The notes beneath the pieces were generated by a model that saw nothing but the letters and a program-made list of their open reading frames with translations, had not been told where the DNA came from and made no database searches. A stretch of DNA of 63,848 nt, filler included, from Octopus bimaculoides (taxonomy: Eukaryota): the NCBI RefSeq assembly GCF_001194135.2. It is 7 parts of 6 records of this genome, joined end to end, with 100 filler letters (N's around TTAATTAATTAA, not from the genome) between each part and the next. Parts side by side here need not be neighbours in the genome. Positions count along the whole stretch, not along the records: positions 20,694 to 43,119 come from NC_068982.1; 6 more parts are not named here. The stretch is one strand, 5' to 3'. Shown here in pieces: positions 28,960-41,666 of the stretch. How positions within the stretch are numbered: the stretch's first letter is position 1; every line of letters starts with the position of its first letter. A program made the translations under genes and the position numbers.

Positions 28960-29815
28960 TTACCTTCTGAGTTCAAATTCTGCCGAAGTCAACTTTGACT
29001 TTCTTCTTTTCGAGGTCGACAAATTAAGTATCAGTGGAACATTGGAGGTCGAGGTAATCGGCTTATCCCCTTCCCACCCCCGAAATTGCTGGCTTTGTGC
29101 CAAAATTTGAAATGACAAGCTGGCAGAATCGTTAGCACGCCATGCAAATTACTTAGTGGCATTTCGTCCTTCTTCACGTACTGAGTTCAAATTCCACCGA
29201 GGTCGACTTTTCTTTTCATCCTTTCGGGCTTGATAAAATAGCTACCAGTGAAACATCGGGGTCAACGTAATCGATTTATCCTCTCCCCAAAAACTGCTGG
29301 CCTTGCGCCAAAATTTAAAATCAATATTGTTGTTGTTCATGTTTCTTTTGTTGTACAGACTGTTCTTGATACTGTTGTTGGAGTGCATTTTGTTGTTGTT
29401 CGTATTGTGTTTTTGTTACTGTTGTTCAACTTGTTACTGAAGTTTTGGTTGTTATTGGTGTTGTTGTTATAACTATTTTAGTTGTCACATTTGTTGCTGT
29501 TGCTACTCAGAATAACATTGCGACGCTTATTGTTCGTTGTTGTCGAGATTGTTACTCTTGTCAATAATGTCGTTGTTACCCAGCTTATTATTGATATTAA
29601 CATTACATGGCAGAATCATTAGCACGCTGGACGAAATGCTAAGCGGTATTTCGCCCGTCGTCACGTTCTGAGTTCAAATTCCGCCGAGGTTGACTTTGCC
29701 TTTCATCCTTTCGAAGTCGATAAATTAAGTACCAGTTGCGTACTAGGGTCGATCTAATTGACAGGCCCCTTCCTCCAAAATTTCGGGCCTTGTGCCAATA
29801 CTAGAAGATTAATAT
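28960..29815 (+). mobile_element. Three same-orientation SINE family B copies (28960-29115, 29118-29328, 29607-29815)
   Basis: Each has ctgagttcaaattc...tttcatcc/tt...gtcga core and tail. Confidence 0.8.
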
Positions 29816-29819
29816 TGTT

Positions 29820-30620
29820 TTTCTTCAAGTTGTTATTGGAGTTTAGCTTGTTGTTATCCAAGTTCTTACAAGTGTTGATTTTGTTATTATTCAAGCTAAA
29901 AAATGTGTTGATAGCTTTGCTGTTGTTCAAGTTGTTACGACAGTTGATGTAATATTGTTGTTATTGTGGTTGATGTCTTTGGTAAGATTGTAATTATTAT
30001 AGCTCTTTGACATTGTTATTATTTATGTTTTTACTTTTGTATTATTCGGCCAGCTATTTTCGTTGCTGCTGTTGTTGTTTTTGTTATTGTTGTTGAGCTT
30101 CTGACTGGTGTAGATATCACTTTTGTTGTTGTTCTTGTCGTTCAAGTTCTTAACACCTGTTAATATTATTGTTGTTAGTAAAGTTGTTGATATTGTTGAG
30201 ATTATTATAGCCATTAACACTGTTGTTGTTCACGTTGTTATTGTTGTTGTTATTTAGAATGTTGTTATTAATGTTATCGACTCTACTTATTCGTTATTGT
30301 ATTCAGGTTGTTGTTAAAGTTGTAGGAGTTTGTTAAGCTTATTATAAATTGTTGTAGTTGATGTTTTTTATATTGTTATTCCTGTTGATATTATCATTAT
30401 TATTGATATTATCAACTGATATTGATAACTTTGTTATTCAAGTTGTTGCAAGTATCAATATTACTGTCATCATATTCAGATTGAGGTTGTTCCAGTTGTT
30501 GATATTGTTACTGTTAAGACTACAATTGTTGATAATGTTGTTTGGGTAGGTACCGTTGTTGATGTTACTATCGTAATTTCTTTTCTTGTTCTTGTTGTTG
30601 TTGTTATTGTTGTATAGATC
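29820..30620. repeat. Degenerate (GTT/ATT)n low-complexity field
   Basis: Direct observation. Confidence 0.8.
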
Positions 30621-31279
30621 TTTATTCGGTATACTATGTGGGTTTTAATTACGTGTGGATATCTGCCCACGCTACCCGGAGATATTTTATTTGATTTCTA
30701 CATTTGCTTTCACATTTTGACTATATTTTCACATCAAAATATCAGCTAAACAAAATACGATAAGTACCCTTAAAAAGGGCGTAAACGAAAATAATACAAT
30801 ACACAAAAATAAACAAAAAGACAACACAAAGTAATAAGCACTTTGGAATAAACACTTAAAGCAAAACTATAATGAGCATAACGAGCATTTAAATGACCAC
30901 TTAATCATTTAATAGAAAAAGAAATTATTTCGAACAGTTCAACAAATATTTTGAACGTTAGCGGTAAAGACAACAACAAGAACACTCGCATACAGACAAA
31001 TATATTAGGTAAATAGTAGTCGTTTTAAAGGAGCCAGTTTTACTTCTTTTGTTACACAGAATAGAGATTTTAGGTTTGATATATTTCCCAGAAAAAAAAT
31101 ATTTGACTTGGAGCATAATCCGAGAAAGAAAACAGAGAAATGTAATATACCTGTGCATTAAGAATGATAGAGAGAGTTTCCTTCTCACCTTCCGGAAGCA
31201 GTGTTTCACAAAATTCCATCGACTGAGCAGAACAAGTCTCATGGGATTTTCAGAACAAAAACATAGACTGAAATAGACA

Positions 31280-31682
31280 GGCGCAGGCGTGGCTGTGTGC
31301 TAAGAAGTTTGCTTCCCAACCACATGATTCCGGGTTCAGTCCCACTGAGTGGCACCTTGGGCAAGTGTCTTCTACTATAGTCTCAGGCCGATCAAAGCCT
31401 TGTGGTAGGATTTGGTACACGAAAACCGAAAGAAGCCCGTCGCGTATATATGTGTGTGTGTGTGTGCATGTATGCGTGTGTACGTGTGTGTTTGTCTTTG
31501 TGTCTGTGTTCGTCTCCCATCACCGCTTGACAACCCGTGTTGGTGTGTTTACGTTCCCGTAAGTACTAAGCTTTAAAAAAAATGTCCTGGGGTCGATTTG
31601 TTCGACTAAAACCCTTCAAGGTGGTGCTCCAGCATGACTGCAGTCAAATGACTGAATCAAGTAAAAGAATAAGAACAAAAGA
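31280..31682 (+). mobile_element. SINE family A variant
   Basis: Same head, core and tail. Confidence 0.8.
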
Positions 31683-32059
31683 ATACCTACACCCATCCAC
31701 TTATACGCCAGTATTTGAGGGAGAGAAATACAAAGGCCATGACAATTACGTCGGTGAAGATGGTCATCTGTGGCTGGTCATTGAGTTTGCATTACAGTAT
31801 GGACAGGTGGTAAGTGCAAAGGTGGTGAGAGGCAGCATATGTGTTCGGTTCGGAAGCGGGCAGAGTAGACTTGCGAGTCCTAATGACACGCAATAATCAC
31901 ATGGCCATAAATGAAGCTGTGCTCTGTTGGTGGCACGGAAACAAAGGTATGGGGCATTTGTTGCAACGCAAAGAAAATCTAATTGTTACACATGAGGTAG
32001 TAAAAGTAATTTTAGAAGCTTTTGTTCCGATGAAATAGAAAAAAAAATAAAGTTTTCCT

Positions 32060-32290
32060 TCTCGTGTCATACCGACTCATAAAGGCCAGTTTCCTGGTTT
32101 ATATTTTCTCCACCTGCACGGGATGCCGGTCCGTTACAGGATTACTCATTCTTGCCAACTGAGTGGACTGGAGAAACGTGAAATGAAGTGTTTCGCTCAA
32201 GAACACAACGCGTCGCCAGGTCTAAGAGTCGAAACCACGATCGTACGATTATGAGTCCAACACGCTAACCACTAAGCCACGTACCTCCTC
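32060..32290 (-). mobile_element. Third tRNA-derived SINE family
   Basis: A box TGGCTTAGTGG, B box GGTTTCGACTC, tgtgttcttgagc...cacttcatttcacg...tccagtccactcag shared with 56425-56580. Confidence 0.75.
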
Positions 32291-32798
32291 TGATGAAATG
32301 GAAAGGCTAAAAACTGATGAATAGAGAAAAACAGCAGAGGTCAGCTGAGGCAGCAACGCGATCACAAGGGCTCGATTTTCAGAGTACTATCAGTCACATC
32401 TCTGGAAATAGTGGACGCGATAACCTCGTGCCCATTTCTAGAAACAAGTGAGAAGGCATTCCGGCTACTGATTTTAGCAACGAGCAGTGTCATTCCATTA
32501 TCTTGTGATGAAGGAGAGATTGTGATTTCTTGAAGAAAAAAAGAAAGAAATCTGGAAAACGGGTGAGTACACTCCTCACAAAACAACAATAATGACTCTC
32601 TTCAGAACAATAATGAAGACCAAACCAAAATCAGATATTTGTGATGCAAGGATTAATGTATGGGTGTATTGACTACTGAGATGCAGTTGACGCTGCAATA
32701 CAGGAGACACTCAAAGAACAAGGTTTTGATACCACCACTACAACTACTACTACTACTAATAATAATAATAATAATGAAAAGAAGAGGAAGAAAGTATT

Positions 32799-33195
32799 AC
32801 AGGAGTGGCTGTGTGGTAAGTAGCTTGCTTACCAACCACATGGTTCCGGGTTCAGTCCCACTGCGTGGCACCTTGAGCAAGTGTCTTCTATAGCCTCGGG
32901 TCGACCAAAGCCTTGTGAGTGGATTTGGTAGACGGAAACTGAAAGAAGCCCGTCGTATATATGCATATATATATATATGTATGTGTGTGTATGTTGTGTA
33001 TCTGTGTTTGTCCCCCCAACATCGCTTGACAACCGATGCTGGTGTGTTTAGGTCCCCGTAACTTAGCGGTTCGGCAAAAAGAGACCGATAGAGTAAGTAC
33101 TAGGCTTACAAAGAATAAGTCCTGGGGTCGATTTGATTCGACTAAAGGCGGTGCTCCAGCATGGCCGCAGTCAAATGACTGAAACAAGTAAAAGA
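32799..33195 (+). mobile_element. SINE family A (tRNA head, CORE-like ccttg(g/a)gcaagt, internal TA/TG microsatellite), full copy
   Basis: A box TGGCTGTGTGG, B box GGTTCAGTCCC, tail gaaacaagtaaaaga; near-identical to 37860-38290. Confidence 0.85.
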
Positions 33196-33689
33196 AAAAA
33201 ATGAAAAAAATGAATTGAAGCATTTGTAACCTAAACAAGTGGGTTGTTATCTACCAAGCCACTCTATAAAAATGTTATCGAGTTCTTTCGGATGCGCGGG
33301 GATGCAACAAATGCAAAAGTGAGATAGTAGAAGCTAGTCTAAACCGATATAGATATCTCACCTGTGTGTGGGCGAGAATCATACGAGTTTTTCATCTTTT
33401 GTATATCTTTATATTGTATGCGTATGATGAAGCGCAATAATTAAACCAAAACGTTGGTTAAACTATATCTTGTTTCTAATTCTTGGGTTTTATTATACTT
33501 TTATATATATATTTGCGTCAATTACTAATGATTTTTTTACATGATTAAATTCTTCCTAATTTAATTATATAATGCCATCCATCCCATCGTTTTAGCTTGA
33601 TATTATTCATCCATGCAGCACCTTTGTAAACCCCTTCTTCAACCTACATCGTGTTTTATAGGATCTCTTCGACCCTTTGTGGCTAATAA

Positions 33690-33860
33690 TAATAATACCC
33701 CTTTCTACAATAGACACAACGTCTGAAATTTGGGGGAATGGTTCTAGTCGATTGCATCAATCCCAGTGCATAACTAGTACTTATTTCATCGACCCCGAAA
33801 GGATGAAAGGCAAAGTCGACCCCGGCGGCATTTAAATTTAAATTCAGAACGTAAAAACGT
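33690..33860 (-). mobile_element. SINE family B
   Basis: atcgaccccgaaaggatgaaaggcaaagtcgacc. Confidence 0.75.
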
Positions 33861-33869
33861 AAAATCATT

Positions 33870-35920
33870 ATACACTCAACAGATTAGACTGTTGGAAAAG
33901 AAAAGAATCCTAATATCGGGCTACAACAAATAGTCTTAGATGCCAAGGACCTTCCTATTGGATTACAGCAAGTAGCCTTAGATGCCAAGAACCTTCCTAA
34001 GTATCCTAGCTGTCCCTAATAACACTGTTTTCTGTAGCGTACTGAACTGGGTTTTATGCCTATCTCCTCTAACCATCTGTTCAGATCTTTAGGGATAGTT
34101 CCCAATGCACCTATAACTACTGGGATACATTTTACCCGCACTTTCTATAGTCTCTGTAATTCAATAGCTAGGTCCTGGTACTTTGCTATTTTTTCTATAC
34201 TTCTCATATTAATTTTTTTCATCATTTGGGACTGTAAAGTCAATTATCTGGTACTTTCTATTCCCTTTATCTACTACTACCAAATCAGGCCTTCTATCTT
34301 CTATTACTCTGTCAGACTGAATGTTAAAGTTCCACAACATCTTGTATTTCTTACTTTCTAGTACTTTACTAGGTTCATGGTCATACCATTTATCAGTATG
34401 TTCAAATCCTAGCTTTCGACATAGCTCCCAGTGGGTCGCTCTCCCTAGATTGTCATTTCATTCCCTGTATTCTTTCTGTGCTAGCATGCTACGTTCACTT
34501 ACTATATGAGTAACACTTTCCTGTTTTTATTTGCATAATCTACAGAGGGATTCTACTTGGTTTTTGTCAATCTTGGCTTTTATCCAGCTAGTCCTTAATG
34601 CTTGATCTTGCGCAGCTACTAACAAACTTTCTGTCTCTCTCTTCAGCCTTCCCTTCTGCAGCCATGACCATGCCTCACTACTACTATTTACTGCGACTGT
34701 CTCGGAGGATCTACCATGCAACGCTTTCTCCTGCTAGTCAGATAATTTCTATTTTTTTCTGGTTTTTAAGTTCGTTTGGTGTTCTGGTTTCCCTATGTCT
34801 TGCTGTGACTCTAGCAGCTTTTAATAAACTTTCTTCACTGTTTCCTACTCCACGCAATCTTCTACTGATATTAACCCTCTTCCAACTTCCTTTCTAAGCA
34901 GGCATAATCTTGCTACTCCTGCCCTTGGGTGGAGTCCTCCATTCATATTAAATTCCTTCCTTGTTCTGTCTTGCTTTGTTAACTCAGTTTTTGTCCAATC
35001 TACAAAAGCTGCTGAGTATCTAAGTAATAATACTGGCCAAGTAATTACAGCCTTCACTAGATTCAGACCATTTAGCTTTGACTTCATTAGCTTCCTCACC
35101 GTTCTGATGTACTCCTGAATGTTCGTTTTCATTTCTGTAGTTACTACTGTTAGATTCTAATACTCCTAAATACTTGTAACTCTCTCCTCCATTCAATGAT
35201 TTTAATGTCTGGTCATCTGGCAATTGAATGCCTTCGCTGTTGTCTACCTATCCCCTTCTCGTGACTAACATTGATCACTTATCTATGCCAAGTTTCACGC
35301 CTATATCTTTGCTGAAGACTCTTACAGTCTGTATTAAGTAATCTATCTCTTTTTCATTCTTACTAAAAAGCTTCAGATCATCCATGTAGAGCAAATGATT
35401 AATTCTCCATTACTATTTCTGAACTGATACCCTACGTTTGCCTTCCTTAATACTAAACTGAGTGGGGATCAAATATAAGACAAATATTAAAGGAGACAAC
35501 GAGTCCCCCTGGAAAATTCCTCTTTTGATATTAACTTTCCCTAAGAATGTGTCACCTCTGTAGAGATCGACTTTCCATTTTTCATGCTAAGGCTAATTAA
35601 TTCGTTGGTATCAGTTGTCCTCTCTTTATTGGTAACATTATTATTTTTCTTTTAGGTTCTTCTTTGGTTTGAGTTGTATTTCTTATTTCGTTGTTCTTTC
35701 CTACTGCCTGGTCTTTCTTTTCCAGTTCTCTTGTGACCTCTTCTACCTCCAATTCTGTCATCCACTTTCTTCTCCTAATAGCATTAGCTTGATCAACTAA
35801 TCTTTACTGGTCCACTGTTAAGCGAGAGGCTTTCCTTCAAAGGCCCAGTTTCATTTTTGCAGTTACAAGCATAGTTCTTCGGAAACTCGTCTCTCATAAT
35901 CTAAGGTAAGGTAACGTTCG

Positions 35921-35922
<2 letters not shown>
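33870..35922 (-). mobile_element. R4/Dong-clade LINE with large internal deletion
   Basis: N-terminal RLVDQANAIRR joined to RT GIFQGDSLSP / HLLYMDDLKLF, LKRETESLLVAAQDQALRT, CRLC, RRPDLVVVDK RLE; 5' end abuts (TTA)n. Confidence 0.85.
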
Positions 35923-35988
<66 letters not shown>

Positions 35989-35991
35989 GTG

Positions 35992-36258
35992 TCACGTCAC
36001 AGCTCCATTCTACAACTTAAAGAGGTAACACTTGTCTCAACGAATGTGCTGCTCCAAGTATTGCTGCCAACGGAGGACTTTCTATGAAGTTTAGTATTTG
36101 CAGCTCTCGACGCTAAAATATTGCTTTCTTTGAGATGGTTCCGAGTGTACCGGATCACAATAGGTACCATAATTACTTTTGAAGTTCTATAAATGCATCT
36201 CAGTTTTAATGGTAGTTCATGAGTCTCCCGTCCTCTGTCTTCACAATATTCTGGTCTG
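35992..36258 (-). mobile_element. R4/Dong 3' fragment
   Basis: Degenerate KVIMVPIVI...RKSSVGSNTW C-terminus, followed on its sense strand by (TAA)n; upstream lost in gap. Confidence 0.6.
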
Positions 36259-36734
36259 NNNNNNNNNNNNNNNNNNNNNNNNNNNNNNNNNNNNNNNNNN
36301 NNNNNNNNNNNNNNNNNNNNNNNNNNNNNNNNNNNNNNNNNNNNNNNNNNNNNNNNNNNNNNNNNNNNNNNNNNNNNNNNNNNNNNNNNNNNNNNNNNNN
36401 NNNNNNNNNNNNNNNNNNNNNNNNNNNNNNNNNNNNNNNNNNNNNNNNNNNNNNNNNNNNNNNNNNNNNNNNNNNNNNNNNNNNNNNNNNNNNNNNNNNN
36501 NNNNNNNNNNNNNNNNNNNNNNNNNNNNNNNNNNNNNNNNNNNNNNNNNNNNNNNNNNNNNNNNNNNNNNNNNNNNNNNNNNNNNNNNNNNNNNNNNNNN
36601 NNNNNNNNNNNNNNNNNNNNNNNNNNNNNNNNNNNNNNNNNNNNNNNNNNNNNNNNNNNNNNNNNNNNNNNNNNNNNNNNNNNNNNNNNNNTTATCGTCA
36701 TTATGCCATTTTAAGTCATTCTGTTAGAGTTAAT

Positions 36735-37840
36735 GGTAAAAGTCAGGTGTTCTTTGATGCTGTTACGGGATAATACGATGAAAATAAAGTTTATGAATTA
36801 ATAGGACTGCATATCTTACACTTATTTCGGAAGATATGCCCCTCTGTATTTTTCGTTCTATCTCATGAATAGCTCGAACTTTGTTGCAAATAGAAAAGAG
36901 TCTAATCATTATTGCGAAGTATGAAAGGCGACGCAATGGATTTTCTAAGAAACGAATTGTCAGAGTTATACTTCAAAATCACAGTTGATACGAATGTAAG
37001 TTGAATTAATTTCTTAGATATAAATTTACATTTAAGTACTGATAAATGTTTTCTTTATAGTAAAAGCTAACGAGAAACTGCAGTGTATTAATGTAAATAC
37101 CAAACAACCTCCGGTAATGTTAGTTAATGACATTCGTAAGTACATATCCAGCTTATCCTCCAGCAAAGAACTCTTTAACAATACTATGGTTTGAAAGGTA
37201 GAATACATTAGATATATAACAACAGTAATATTCATAAATGCAAATGTAGGAAATGAAAGATTATATTGTAAAGTCTTCCCTAAAGTTTAATGTTCATTCT
37301 GATATTGTCAGGCTTTTTCTAAACCTTATAAATAAATATTGCCTCATAGGACATAGATGTCATACGACCATTATTAAATATTGCATTCAGATTAGCTACA
37401 GTTGAACCAAAACTTCACAACATCAAAAGTTAGTTATAAAGAAACAATATTTCTTACACAAACACTCAAACCTTTTCTTCATTATGTAATTCAACAACCT
37501 TTATGCCTGCCCTCTCAGTGATATATGTCCCCATTCCAGATGACAGTCAAATACAAAGTTATGCGTGTCTCATAGAAAAGCTATTCTAAATAAAATATTC
37601 TCGAAATATTATACGTACATTCAGACACTCTAAATTTTCACTATCTAAAGAAATCCAAAGTTTAATGAATGATACTATTAACCGTTATGGATCGACCGGT
37701 CTGTTATAAAATGTACGTCTTACCGTAATAAAGGTTCCAGAAGATGTAATGTGTCTCTCTCATGAAAATTTAACATTCTGTTATAGTCTTTGCAAATTAT
37801 CAGCAAAGGATCCGAATTGGTGTATCTTTGTAGTCAATTC
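36735..37840 (+). mobile_element. Highly degenerate Penelope-like element (RT plus GIY-YIG remnants)
   Basis: FDAVTG*YDENKVYELIGLHIL; INFLDINLHLS; ANEKLQCINVNTKQPP; FLNLINKY...ISYS; NKGSRRCN...SKGSELV. Confidence 0.7.
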
Positions 37841-37859
37841 TATTACTAGTGTATACATA

Positions 37860-38290
37860 GGCGTAGAAGTGGTTGTGTGATAAGTAGCTTGCTTACCAAC
37901 CACATGGTTCCGGGTTCAGTCCCACTATGTGGCACCTTGGGCAAGTGTCTTCTACTATAGACTCGGGCCGACCAAAACCTTGTGAGTGGATTTGGTAGAC
38001 GGAAACTGAAAGAAGCCCGTCGTATATATGTATGTATATATNNNNNNNNNNNNNNATATACGTGTATATATATATATGTACATGTATGTTTGTGTTTGTC
38101 CCCCCAACATCGCTCGACAACCGATGCTGGTGTGTTTACGTCCCCGTAACTTAGCGGTTCGGTAATAGAGACCGATAGAGTAAGTACTAGGCTTACAAAG
38201 AATAAGTCCTGGGGTCGATATGCTCGACTAAAGGCGGTGCTCCAGCATGGTCACAGTCAAATGACTGAAACAAGTAAAGGAGTAAAAGAG
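37860..38290 (+). mobile_element. SINE family A, full copy
   Basis: High identity to 32799-33195. Confidence 0.85.
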
Positions 38291-38373
38291 TATGCACACA
38301 AACACGTTCACATTTATATACACTCATTTATATATATACATTATTTTATTTTAAGTGTCTCTTAAAGGCTTAC

Positions 38374-38423
38374 TACTGTTGCATTCAGGGGAAATCACCG
38401 CATTGATGACTTCCCTATGAATG
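38374..38423 (-). CDS. Candidate 50-nt internal exon (phase 2 to 1): IHREVINAVISPECNS
   Basis: Acceptor ctactcttccttAG, donor GTAAGC; only one open frame, which matches the phase-2 end of exon 1. Confidence 0.35.
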
Positions 38424-38657
38424 CTAAGGAAGAGTAGTGTCAGTGATTCTTATTCAATAAATTAATATACCTTCTACTTTAGAGTGACTTATTATCACAC
38501 TGTGATTCCCTCTGTTTGAATGGATATCGGAGTACTTTTATATGTGTATATGCATATTTATATGAGCGCACACTCACGTACACACACATATAAAACATAC
38601 AGGGCATATAGATATATGTATGTAGGTAGATAGGTATATGTGTGTGTATGTATGTAT

Positions 38658-38718
<61 letters not shown>

Positions 38719-39019
38719 AATTATTAAGGTGGCTATTCGCAATTTACAACCGAAAGGCAATAAGTATAGTCGTCACTAAAGTGACAAAGGGTGCTAAGAA
38801 GCACCAACATTGATAGAAATAAGAGTCAAAATATCTCTTAGCCAGGTGAGAGCACTTCTCTAACGACTGAAAAGAGAGACAAGCTCCCTCCCTACGGCAA
38901 GCGTGATGCAGTCATATCAGCGCTGATTTCAGATTTGATTAATCTTTATCAGTGACCCATTAATCCGTCGCCGAAGGTTAAGAAAGTTAGACTGTAAATG
39001 GGAAGAGAAAAATTGTGTA

Positions 39020-39822
39020 GGGGCAGTTTGCAAGAGATACGAACGCCAAGATAAATACAGAAGACCGGTGACTATGGATGAGGAGGAGTGACCTGAAGAT
39101 AGAGACAGAAGCACTTACATGCGCAGCTCAAGAACAAGCGTTAAGGACCAACTATGTGATGTGTAGGATCGACAACCCTAACGACAGCGACAAATGCAAA
39201 ATGTGTGGTGGGAAGTGTGAAATGGCATGGCACATCGTTAGCGAACTCCCGAAATTGGCACAACGCGAAAACAAAAGACAACATGACCACGTAGCAAGAA
39301 TGATCCATTGGGAGTTCTGTGGAAATCACGGACTACAAAGAGCAAAGACGGGGTATGAGCAAATCACAGAAGGAGTTACCGAGAAAGAAAATTGCAAAAT
39401 CCTGTGGGATACAATGATTCAGTGCAATCACCTGACCAGACATCGGAAGCCGGACATTGTTGTGATGAAATAAAAAGAAAGAACTTGCATGATAATCGAT
39501 ATAGCAAGAAGAAAAACTGAACACCTATGACGATTTGAAGTGGGAAATACGAAAGTTGTGGTCAATGAGGAGAGTAGTCGTGATACCAATAGTAATTGGC
39601 GCACTTGGAAGTATCAGCACTCAACTACCAACATGGCTCAAAAAGATTGATACAAATGTAAAGGTAGAACACCTACAAAGATCAGTACTGCCCGGAACTG
39701 CAAGAATTCTTAGCAAAGTTCTTGACGCATGACCAGTAAACAAGTGTCACCTTTGTCTGCTGGCTGAGGACAGTTGACACTTTCCATCATACCAAGCGAA
39801 AAAAGCTAAGAGTTTTCATCAA
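39020..39822 (+). mobile_element. R4/Dong 3' portion (zinc knuckle, RLE, 3' UTR, TAA tail)
   Basis: MRRSDLKIETEALTCAAQEQALRTNY, CKMC, HIVSE, RKPDIVV, IPIVIGALG, LQRSVLPGTARIL; same family as 6971-8424. Confidence 0.85.
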
Positions 39823-39837
39823 ATAATAATAATGATG

Positions 39838-40032
39838 ATTTCGAATTTTGGCACAAGACCAGCAATTTCGGAGTAGGAGAGTTAAGTCAATTGCCTCAAT
39901 TTCAGTACTCAACTGGTATTTTACTTTATCGACCCCGAAAGGATGAAAGGTTAAGGTGGAATTTGAACTCAGAACGTGAAGGTAGACGAAATGTCACTAA
40001 GTATTCCGCCCCGGAGAGCTAAGGATTCTGCC
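39838..40032 (-). mobile_element. SINE family B
   Basis: Core and head present. Confidence 0.75.
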
Positions 40033-40053
40033 AATAATAATAATTATAATTAT

Positions 40054-40423
40054 AACAAGTGCACTCAGAGAGCGCAAACCTCCGCCATGGTAACATCAAC
40101 GTCCCCTCAACGATTAGCCAGAGATGATCTTTAATGTGAGAATATCTGAAATAAACTCGACTGCTGTCACAAACGAGAATATTAAAAATGAACAGGACCG
40201 TTCTCAAAAATTAAGTAAAAAACAGGAAAAATTATCGAGAATCCTTGTCCGGTACCAGATCGATCCCAAAATTTAATCAGTTCCTGCCAGTCACGAGGCC
40301 AAACATCCTTGTACGTTTCATCCGAATCTATTCAGCAGTTCTTGAGATATCTTGTCCACGGACAAACAAACGAACAAACGCGACTGAAAAACAATACTGC
40401 CGCGTTCGCTAAGGCGGAAGTAA
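40054..40423 (-). mobile_element. Helentron/DINE-1-like non-autonomous element (HINE-type)
   Basis: Minus strand 5' ttACTTCCGCC, internal (GTTT)-type microsatellite, 3' GGCGGAGGT subterminal inverted repeat, short hairpin gcgctc-tct-gagtgc, ends ttgtt; sits in T-rich (TAA)n. Confidence 0.6.
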
Positions 40424-40433
40424 TAATAATAAT

Positions 40434-40644
40434 GGTTTCAAATATTTCCACAAGGGCAGCAATTTTTGGGGAGGGATGAGTCGGTTGCATCAACACCAGT
40501 CTTCAACTAGTGCTTATTTTATCGACCCCGAAAGAATGAAAGGTAAAATCGACCTCGGCGGAATTTGAACTCAAAACGTAGCGACGGGCGAAATACCAAT
40601 AAGCATTTCGTCCAGCCTGTTAACGATTCTGCCAGATCACCGCC

Positions 40645-40648
<4 letters not shown>
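40434..40648 (-). mobile_element. SINE family B, full
   Basis: Core and head present. Confidence 0.8.
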
Positions 40649-40692
<44 letters not shown>

Positions 40693-40694
<2 letters not shown>

Positions 40695-41037
40695 CCTTTC
40701 TCATATAGGCACAAGGCTTGAAATTTTGGGGGAGGGGGCCAGTCGATTCGATCGACCTCAGTACGCAACTGGTACATAATTTATCGACTCCGAAAGGATG
40801 GAAGGCAAAGTCATCCTCGGCGGAATTTGAACTCGTAATAATAATCGTTAGCACGCCGGGCGAAATATTAGCGGTATTTCACCCGTCACTACGTTCTGAG
40901 TTCAAATTCCACCGAAGTCGATTTTGCCTTTCATCTTTTCGGGGTCGATAAATTAAGTACCAGTGAAACACTGACGTTGATGTAATTGACTAGTCCCCTC
41001 CCCAACAATTTTAGGCCTTGTGCCTATAGTAGAAAGG

Positions 41038-41040
<3 letters not shown>
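40693..41040. mobile_element. Head-to-head inverted pair of SINE family B (40693-40835 minus, 40844-41040 plus)
   Basis: Complementary cores and tails; (TAA)n left, (TTA)n right. Confidence 0.8.
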
Positions 41041-41096
<56 letters not shown>

Positions 41097-41097
<1 letters not shown>

Positions 41098-41587
41098 GAG
41101 TGGGTGAGAAAGCAGTGCATGCAGTCAAAGTGATACTGGGCTAAAATATACGCATCATGACAAAGAGGTCTCATATTAAGATAAACAGTGCATGACATTG
41201 CAGGTGGGGGTCCAGTTAGAATTTTGTTTAAGCTGAGTAACCCATCCCGCTCAAAAGATCCCTGAATAAGGGCTGTTTAAAGATTAACAAAACACCCATG
41301 TTTGCAAAAATGAATTATGGAAACAACAAAGAATTCCTCTCAACACATGGCTATGATGCTCCCCCACTACTTCTGCGCGTAATCAAAGATGCACATATCG
41401 TCAGCCTCTAAGGAACATGCTCAACTGATGAAGGTCAAGCGACTGACAAGCAAATCTGTGGTATTGAGCAGAATATTTGCTGTAGTCCATCTTTTATACC
41501 AAGACAAAACAATGTACATGATAACACTTCCAATCAGTTAAGATCAGAAGCAATGAGAGCCACTACTTGGTATTGCATGAAGGCATC

Positions 41588-41588
<1 letters not shown>
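41097..41588. mobile_element. Unclassified TTA-flanked interspersed repeat, copy 2 (internal deletion)
   Basis: Shares long identical blocks with copy 1 (e.g. aaagaattcctctcaacacatggctatgatgctccccc, gacaagcaaatctgtggtattgagcagaatatttgctgtag). Confidence 0.75.

Positions 41589-41662
<74 letters not shown>

Positions 41663-41666
<4 letters not shown>

Noticed and set aside
32230-32290. tRNA-like A/B boxes here and in the other SINE heads
   Set aside because: They continue into SINE bodies and lack a full cloverleaf; not tRNA genes.
32362-32530. 55-codon open frame after a pyrimidine-rich acceptor (minus)
   Set aside because: No good donor, no recognisable homology, lies between SINEs.
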